IMG/VR virus record: IMGVR_UViG_2654587746_000003
Coordinates: 1 to 13,415 of that record
Origin: a virus
Lineage: Duplodnaviria; Heunggongvirae; Uroviricota; Caudoviricetes
Direction: 5' to 3' (one strand)
Length of the DNA: 13,415 nt
Within the stretch, counting starts at the first letter, position 1, and the number at the start of each line of letters is the position of its first letter. The notes under the pieces were generated by a model. It was not told the DNA's origin. It made no database searches and saw only the letters and a program-made list of their open reading frames with translations. Made by a program: the position numbers and the translations under genes. Below, piece after piece: positions 5,806 to 13,415 of this stretch.

Positions 5806-8800
5806 CTATATTTTTCCGCCTACGCCTTTAAACTTCTCAATAAACGAGACGATTTTCTGGAAAACTGCCTGTTTTTTCGTTTTATATTGCGGATTCAACG
5901 GACTAAGTTTTGGTAATGTTTCGTTTAATTCTGTGCCATTTTCGGTGGCGTATTCGCGTTTTAAAGACATGCGAATATAGCGTTTTGCTGCATCTTCATT
6001 GAGATTTTCTTCTTTTATCAATGCTTCTGCTTCACGTTGCTGTTCGCGTTGAGCAAACGTAAAGAATGCCTCAATGATACTGGCTTTGTCTGGTAAATCA
6101 TCCAGGTTCGTTTGCTGAATAAAATCGACCACCAGGCCCTCTTTCGCCCGGTTCCCCAGGCTTGAACGAATTAAGCGTTTGACCTCTTCGATCATTTCGC
6201 CCTTGCCTTTATTTTGTCTGTTGTGTTCGAAAATCAGTCCAAGGATATAATCCAGGTTTATTTCCTGAGACTTCAGCAAATCGACCTCAAAAACTACGTC
6301 ATCCCAGTCAGTGGTTGATTTCTCTTTTTTCTCAGCTTCTTTCTCACGGCGCTGCCAGTCGCGAATATCGTTATAGGCAGAACGATAATCCTGAATCTTG
6401 CGATCAGCAGGGAGACGAATTGTTTGCAATTCAGCGAACTTTTCATTATCCACATAATGTTCTGCTTTGAATTTTTCTACCGCAACAGGATCGCTAAGAT
6501 CGATTTGTTGCAGGGCTTTTAGCGTGGCAAATTCATCATAGTTTTGCAGGATGTTCTCGGCACGCAGGTATTCGCCAAACAGTTTAACGAAGTCTTTCTT
6601 CTCTTTTTCACTTTCAATACTGGTAGGGTCAGGGAACCGTTGTTCCAGTTCTGAAACTACTGTCATGAAGCCGCGTTTAGCTTCACCAGTGGCAGCATCA
6701 GTAAAGCCTTCCATATACTCTGCATAACTCTTTTCTAAAACCACATTTTTGGTATTTTTGTCACCAAACAGCGTTATGGCATCAATGGTTGAGCGTTCCA
6801 GATCCCGGAACGTGACAATATTACCGAAGGTTTTAGTCGCGTCATAAATGCGGTTGGTGCGGGAGAATGCCTGCATCAGGCCGTGAAAACGCAAGTTTTT
6901 ATCGACGAATAGCGTGTTTAATGTTGGAGCATCGAAGCCGGTTAAAAACATCCCCACGACAATTAGCAGATCGATATCCTGATTTTTAACCCGCTGGGCT
7001 AAATCACGATAGTAGTTCTGAAAACCGTTACTGTCGGTGCTAAAGTTAGTTTTAAAATGGCTGTTATATTCACGAATTGCAGCGTCCAGAAACTCTTTAG
7101 CACTGCTGTCCATTGCGCTGGTATCAAAAGTTTCATCGGAAATTTCACCAATGGCATTTTGTTCTTCATTGGCGGCAAAGGAGAAGATTGTCGCAATACG
7201 CAGCGGTTTATAGGTAGCCGATTTATTAGCGGCTTCCTCTTGTAACCGTTTAAACGTCGCGTAATAGGCTTTCGCGGCATCCACGCTGCTCACTGCCAGC
7301 ATGGCATTAAAACCTTTGGAGCCAGGGAAAGTACGGTGGGTTTTCTGGCGGAAGTTATTCAGGATATATTGCGTAATTTCCTGAATACGCATGGGATGAA
7401 GGAACGCCTGCTGATTTTCAGCCGCACTCAGTTTTTTCTCGTCGGTTTCTGTCTCTAAAGACTTAAATTGTGGCCGCACATCGTTATAGTCCACCTTGAA
7501 TTTGAGCACTTTTTCATCACGAATCGCATCGGTAATCACATACGAATGCAATTCACGACCAAATACGCTGGCGGTCGTTTCTGAGCCTAAAGCGTTTTCC
7601 GGGAAAATAGGTGTGCCGGTAAAACCAAACTGATAATAGCGTTTGAATTTCTTCTTCAGGTTTTTCTGCGCTTCTCCAAACTGGCTGCGGTGGCATTCAT
7701 CAAATATAAACACCACTTGCTGATTGTATACAGGCAGATCGCTTTCTGCTTTCATCAGGTTATTGAGTTTCTGAATAGTAGTGACGATAATTTTGTTATC
7801 GTCCTTATCCAGATTTCGTTTAAGACCTGCGGTATTTTCCGAGCCGTTGACGCTGTCTGGCGAAAAACGCTGATATTCCTTCATGGTCTGGTAATCGAGG
7901 TCTTTCCTGTCGACCACAAAGAAGACTTTATCAATAAAGTCCAGCTCTGTTGCCAGACGCGCGGCTTTAAAGCTGGTGAGGGTTTTACCAGAACCGGTAG
8001 TGTGCCAGATATACCCACCGCTTTCCGGTTTTGACCAGTTCTTCGCTGTAAAGGAACTCTTAATTTTCCACAGAATGCGCTCGGTGGCGGCAATCTGGTA
8101 CGGTCGCATTACCAGTAGTGTCTGACTGCTGTCAAAAACGCTGTAGTTCACCAGAACATTAAGCAGAGTATGTTTCTGGAAAAAGGTAGCGGTAAAGTCT
8201 TTGAGGTCTTTAATCAGCGTGTTGTCTGATTTAGCCCAGTTCATGGTGAAGTCAAAACTGTTTTTATCGCGCTTTGTGGTGTTGGCAAAATAACGGGTAT
8301 CAGTGCCGTTGGAAATGACGAACAGCTGCAGATACTTAAACAGGGAATTTTCGCTGTTAAAACTCTCTTTACTGTAACGATGTATCTGGTTGAAAGCCTC
8401 ACGAATCGCCACCCCGCGTTTTTTTAGTTCGATTTGCACCAGCGGTAAACCATTAACCAGGATCGTGACGTCATAACGGTTAGCATGAGAACCCGTCTGT
8501 TCAAACTGCTGGATAATCTGCACCTTATTGCGCATGAGATTCTTTTTATCTATCAAATAGATGTTCTCAAGACGCTCGTCATCAAAAATAAAGTCGCAAA
8601 TATAGTCGATATGGATTTTACGGGTCTTATCCAGAATGCCATCGCTCGGGTTATCCAGATACTGCTCCGTGAAACGCCGCCACTCGCTGTCATTAAACAC
8701 CACACCATTGAGGTTCTGAAGCTGTTCCCGAACATTGGCTAGCATCGCCGACTGTGATTTTACGGATATAAATTCATAGCCCTGATTCCGCAGGTCCTGA

Positions 8801-8922
8801 ATCAGTTCACGTTCCAGGTCCGATTCGCTCTGATAGCTGTCGCCTGTTTGCTCAGCTTTGATGTACTTATCAAGAACGATAAAGTTATTGGATTCAGCAA
8901 TGGTGTGTGTCTGATGAGTCAT
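5806..8922 (-). CDS. hsdR: Type I restriction enzyme R subunit (HsdR), Type IC family size (1038 aa)
   Basis: Walker A GSGKT, DEAD-box-like FDECH, helicase motifs ([12 protein letters not shown]). The 1038-aa length and the partner genes match the EcoR124/EcoprrI (IC) family. RBS AAGGA upstream of ATG. Confidence 0.93.
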   Translation of the reverse strand: MTHQTHTIAESNNFIVLDKYIKAEQTGDSYQSESDLERELIQDLRNQGYEFISVKSQSAMLANVREQLQNLNGVVFNDSEWRRFTEQYLDNPSDGILDKTRKIHIDYICDFIFDDERLENIYLIDKKNLMRNKVQIIQQFEQTGSHANRYDVTILVNGLPLVQIELKKRGVAIREAFNQIHRYSKESFNSENSLFKYLQLFVISNGTDTRYFANTTKRDKNSFDFTMNWAKSDNTLIKDLKDFTATFFQKHTLLNVLVNYSVFDSSQTLLVMRPYQIAATERILWKIKSSFTAKNWSKPESGGYIWHTTGSGKTLTSFKAARLATELDFIDKVFFVVDRKDLDYQTMKEYQRFSPDSVNGSENTAGLKRNLDKDDNKIIVTTIQKLNNLMKAESDLPVYNQQVVFIFDECHRSQFGEAQKNLKKKFKRYYQFGFTGTPIFPENALGSETTASVFGRELHSYVITDAIRDEKVLKFKVDYNDVRPQFKSLETETDEKKLSAAENQQAFLHPMRIQEITQYILNNFRQKTHRTFPGSKGFNAMLAVSSVDAAKAYYATFKRLQEEAANKSATYKPLRIATIFSFAANEEQNAIGEISDETFDTSAMDSSAKEFLDAAIREYNSHFKTNFSTDSNGFQNYYRDLAQRVKNQDIDLLIVVGMFLTGFDAPTLNTLFVDKNLRFHGLMQAFSRTNRIYDATKTFGNIVTFRDLERSTIDAITLFGDKNTKNVVLEKSYAEYMEGFTDAATGEAKRGFMTVVSELEQRFPDPTSIESEKEKKDFVKLFGEYLRAENILQNYDEFATLKALQQIDLSDPVAVEKFKAEHYVDNEKFAELQTIRLPADRKIQDYRSAYNDIRDWQRREKEAEKKEKSTTDWDDVVFEVDLLKSQEINLDYILGLIFEHNRQNKGKGEMIEEVKRLIRSSLGNRAKEGLVVDFIQQTNLDDLPDKASIIEAFFTFAQREQQREAEALIKEENLNEDAAKRYIRMSLKREYATENGTELNETLPKLSPLNPQYKTKKQAVFQKIVSFIEKFKGVGGKI

Positions 8923-9043
8923 AGCGCATCCTTTGTGCCGTCTGGCAAGGGCCGGAAGGGAGTTAAGGGCGACTTCCAGCGCGTAAAAAATAGTCTATAT
9001 ACTGACCGGGTGTTAAGGTGGCCCGGTCGGTAGCAATGGTCAA

Positions 9044-10245
<1,202 letters not shown>

Positions 10246-10249
<4 letters not shown>

Positions 10250-11808
10250 GATTGCGCCTTGTCACCTTCAATCTTTGCCACAATTGCATCAATATCTTTA
10301 CGCAACTGGTCGATTTTGCTGACCGTGGTTTTCAGCTCAGCATTCAGCTCAGCAATATCGATAATTTCGCGGTTATCTTTCGCTTCCACATAGCTGCTCA
10401 CCGACAGGTTATAGTCATTAGCAACAACGGCCTCAAACGCGACAGATTTCGCCAGATGAGCAACATTTTCTTTGCTGGCAAATACCTGCATAATCTGGTT
10501 GATATGGGCATCGGTCAGGATATTGTTGTTAGTCTCTTTTTTGAACAGTTCGCTGGCGTCAATAAACTGAACTTTGGTATCCGTTTTATGTTTAGACAGC
10601 ACCAGAATATTTACGGCAATGGTGGTGCCAAAGAACAGGTTCGGTGCGAGTGAAATCACGGTTTCGACATAGTTATTGTCGACCAGATACTGACGGATTT
10701 TCTGCTCTGCGCCGCCACGGTAAAAAATACCCGGGAAGCAGACAATCGCAGCACGACCTTTGGCCGAAAGATAGTTCAGCGCATGTAGTACAAACGCAAA
10801 GTCAGCTTTGGATTTGGGGGCCAGAACGCCAGCCGGGGCAAAACGTTCATCGTTAATCAGCGTCGGGTCATCGCTGCCAATCCATTTCACCGAATACGGT
10901 GGATTAGATACGATGGCGTCAAACGGTTTTTCATCTCTGAAGTGCGGCTCAGTCAGTGTATTACCCAGCTTGATATCAAACTTGTCGTAGTTGATATTGT
11001 GCAAAAACATGTTCATACGCGCCAGGTTATAGGTCGTATGGTTGATTTCCTGACCGAAAAAGCCTTCTTCGATGATGTGGTTATCAAACTGTTTTTTCGC
11101 CTGCAACAACAGTGAGCCGGAACCCGCTGCCGGGTCGTAGATTTTGTTAACGCTGGTCTGCCCGTGCATAGCCAGTTGTGCAATCAGCTTGGAGACGTGC
11201 TGCGGTGTAAAGAACTCACCGCCTGACTTACCGGCATTTGCGGCATAGTTAGAAATCAGGAACTCATAGGCATCACCGAACAGGTCAATCTGATGTTCGT
11301 TGAAGTCACCAAGTTTTAACCCTTCAACCCCTTTCAGAACCGCTGCCAGGCGGGCATTTTTATCTTTAACGGTGTTACCCAGGCGGTTACTGGTGGTATC
11401 GAAATCAGCAAACAAACCTTTGATGTCAGCTTCTGAAGGGTAACCGTAAGCAGAACTTTCGATAGCAACGAAGATGCTGTTTAAATCTGCATTCAGTCTG
11501 TCATTGGTCTTTGCTTTCGCAGCTACGTTGCAGAAAAGCTGGCTTGGGTAGATGAAGTAGCCTTTGGTTTTGATGGCATCGTCTTTAATGTCATCAGTAA
11601 TTACGCTGTCATCCAGTTTCGCATAACAGATACTGTCATCACCGGCTTCAATATAGCTGGAAAAATTTTCGCTGATAAAACGGTAGAAAAGTGCGCCCAG
11701 AACGTATTGCTTAAAATCCCATCCATCGACCGAACCTCTGACATCGTTGGCAATTTGCCAGATTTGACGATGAAGCTCTGCACGTTGTTGAATACTTGTC
11801 ATTTTCAT
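10246..11808 (-). CDS. hsdM: Type I DNA methyltransferase M subunit (HsdM), N6-adenine, 520 aa
   Basis: AdoMet motif [11 protein letters not shown] and catalytic motif IV NPPY. Length fits Type IC HsdM. A possible promoter -10 TAGAAT (complement of 11843-11848) lies upstream. Confidence 0.93.
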
Positions 11809-11939
11809 CCACTTATTTCAGGCTTATGTAATTGGCGGTGATTCTACAGCAACTTGGATGCTTTAGCAGTTCGGACATTAGGCTACGAATGACCTGCCTA
11901 GAGGTTTGTTAAGCCGCAAAGTGCTGGTGCTTTATGCCT

Positions 11940-11984
11940 GTGAAGTTTATAATTGTGTACACATAACGAGTACACGAGGTGTTT
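11940..11984 (+). promoter_or_regulatory. phd-doc promoter/operator region
   Basis: TATAAT at 11948-11953, followed by palindromic GTGTACAC (11955-11962) and GAGTACAC (11968-11975), consistent with the Phd/Doc autoregulatory operator of P1. RBS GAGGTG before ATG 11985. Confidence 0.55.
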
Positions 11985-12206
11985 ATGCAATCCATTAACT
12001 TCCGTACCGCGCGTGGCAACCTTTCTGAAGTGCTCAACAATGTTGAAGCCGGGGAAGAGGTTGAAATCACCCGCAGAGGCCGTGAGCCAGCAGTAATTGT
12101 CAGCAAGGCTACTTTCGAAGCCTACAAAAAAGCGGCGCTGGATGCTGAATTTGCATCCCTGTTTGACACCCTGGACTCCACCAACAAGGAACTGGTTAAC
12201 CGATAA
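11985..12206 (+). CDS. phd: antitoxin Phd (prevent host death), Phd/YefM family
   Basis: [73 protein letters not shown], recognised as P1 Phd. Stop TAA shares its last A with the doc ATG (TAATG). Confidence 0.92.
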   Translation: MQSINFRTARGNLSEVLNNVEAGEEVEITRRGREPAVIVSKATFEAYKKAALDAEFASLFDTLDSTNKELVNR

Positions 12207-12586
12207 TGAGGCATATATCACCGGAAGAACTTATTGCGCTTCATGATGCGAATATAAACCGCTACGGCGGCCTGCCGGGCATGTCAGATCCGGGTAGGGC
12301 AGAGGCCATTATCGGGAGAGTTCAGGCCAGAGTTGCCTACGAAGAGATCACCGACCTTTTCGAAGTCTCCGCCACCTACCTGGTGGCTACAGCGAGAGGG
12401 CATATATTCAATGATGCCAATAAGCGTACCGCGCTAAACAGTGCGCTGTTATTTCTACGCCGTAACGGGGTGCAGGTATTTGATTCACCTGAACTGGCAG
12501 ACCTTACCGTAGGAGCTGCGACCGGAGAGATATCTGTATCTTCTGTCGCCGACACGTTACGTAGATTGTATGGTTCTGCGGAGTAG
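12206..12586 (+). CDS. doc: toxin Doc (death on curing), Fic/Doc-family kinase
   Basis: 126 aa, [22 protein letters not shown]...[11 protein letters not shown] (Fic/Doc core motif). Position and overlap with phd as in P1. Confidence 0.92.
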   Translation: MRHISPEELIALHDANINRYGGLPGMSDPGRAEAIIGRVQARVAYEEITDLFEVSATYLVATARGHIFNDANKRTALNSALLFLRRNGVQVFDSPELADLTVGAATGEISVSSVADTLRRLYGSAE

Positions 12587-12590
12587 ATTA

Positions 12591-12770
12591 ATGGCACGTA
12601 AATACAACAAATTGTCCCGTGAAGCGTTAAAGATGCTTCTTGATGGTGTGAGCCGCAGCGAGGTAAAGCAATACCTGGTTGGTAAGCAAATTGGTGCCAG
12701 GACCGCTATTGCTGTGTTATGCCGTCAGGAAATGGTTGTGCTTAAACAGAGAATGCCGGGCAGCAGATAA
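12591..12770 (+). CDS. small basic protein (59 aa) in the position of P1 pdcB (post-doc)
   Basis: ATG 12591 with GGAG 8 nt upstream, immediately after doc. Identity inferred from synteny only. Confidence 0.45.
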   Translation: MARKYNKLSREALKMLLDGVSRSEVKQYLVGKQIGARTAIAVLCRQEMVVLKQRMPGSR

Positions 12771-12797
12771 AGCCCAATCAGTGATGAAAGGTGTGAT

Positions 12798-13331
12798 GTG
12801 AAAGCCGTAATTACTCCCTTTGTACAAAAAGAGCTTGGCGTCGCCACATTCAAAGTGGATCAGGAAGTCAGAAAGCTGGTGGAGGCTGGCCGTAAATTTA
12901 TTATGGAGCCGGTGCCGCGTGAGTTAATCGAGCACATGGACGACGGCCTCGTTGTTTCCGAGCAAACTATGGCAACAAATGAGGCGTTGCAGCCGTTTTT
13001 TAACAGCGATGAACTGTTTCGCCGTATTGGTGGAATTGACGCGCTGGTGGCGTGGTTGCGCAGGAAAGAGGGGCAATGCCAGGCCGCAGATCGTAGCTGG
13101 TGTGACAACCATATTGTCCACGCAGAACGAGACAATAGCGCGGTGTTGTTGTGCTGGCATCACGATAACCATTACCGGATGCGTGGTTTTAATGAGCTGA
13201 AAGAAACGCTGCATAATAATCGCGTTAACTGGATACTGGATGTCGCCCGTCAGGAAATGGGGCTTTCAGATGGCCATGATCTAAGGAAGGTGCGAATAAG
13301 CAGGTCATTTCTTCCCAAGTTGACTCGCTGA
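12798..13331 (+). CDS. Cys/His-rich protein (177 aa) in the position of P1 lpa (late promoter activator); putative zinc-binding regulator
   Basis: GTG 12798 with AAAGG RBS. Contains CDNHIVHAE...LLCWHHDNH. Assignment is by gene order phd-doc-pdcB-lpa, not sequence recall. Confidence 0.5.
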   Translation: MKAVITPFVQKELGVATFKVDQEVRKLVEAGRKFIMEPVPRELIEHMDDGLVVSEQTMATNEALQPFFNSDELFRRIGGIDALVAWLRRKEGQCQAADRSWCDNHIVHAERDNSAVLLCWHHDNHYRMRGFNELKETLHNNRVNWILDVARQEMGLSDGHDLRKVRISRSFLPKLTR

Positions 13332-13382
13332 TTAAAATTTCGCGGATCTGGGCCGATTTTTTTCCCGCAAACACATCGAATC

Positions 13383-13405
13383 AGCCTATTTAGGCTATTT
13401 TTTCC
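13383..13405 (+). terminator. weak hairpin plus T-tract, possible terminator
   Basis: AGCCTA-TT-TAGGCT followed by ATTTTTT. Stem is short, so low confidence. Confidence 0.25.
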
Positions 13406-13415
13406 ACCATTTCTG

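Noticed and set aside
8940-9043. Hairpin GACCGGG...CCCGGTC (9004-9028) between hsdS and hsdR as a terminator or hsdR promoter
   Set aside because: The T-tract is about 12 nt from the stem, and no -35/-10 pair with proper spacing could be picked out by eye. Left unannotated.

Overview
This 13.4-kb window reads as a mosaic accessory segment of a P1-like phage-plasmid or prophage from an enterobacterium. All calls are from reading the sequence and ORF track; no searches were run. Left edge (1-362): the end of an IS3-family (IS911-like) element, whose terminal repeat abuts and 5'-truncates a VRR-NUC nuclease gene. Positions 873-3398 hold a translationally coupled + strand operon: two paralogous DUF115/GT42-like proteins, a lambda-type Ser/Thr metallophosphatase and a GT8-like glycosyltransferase. 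Positions 3400-5541 hold a promoter flanked by two inverted 17-bp sites resembling the P1 C1 operator, a 72-aa and a 420-aa coiled-coil protein gene, an intrinsic terminator, and a HAD-like phosphatase gene. A third C1-operator-like site (5541-5557) precedes a 28-aa hydrophobic peptide gene that is absent from the ORF track. Positions 5806-11808 (minus strand) carry a complete Type IC restriction-modification cassette, hsdM-hsdS-hsdR, with three 12-bp repeats encoding (TAEL)3 in hsdS. The right end (11985-13331) is a phd-doc toxin-antitoxin pair followed by two small genes in the positions of P1 pdcB and lpa. No tRNA, rRNA or CRISPR array was seen. The two uncharacterised operons (873-3398 and 3480-5541) are the best candidates for an undescribed system; their functions below are hypotheses.
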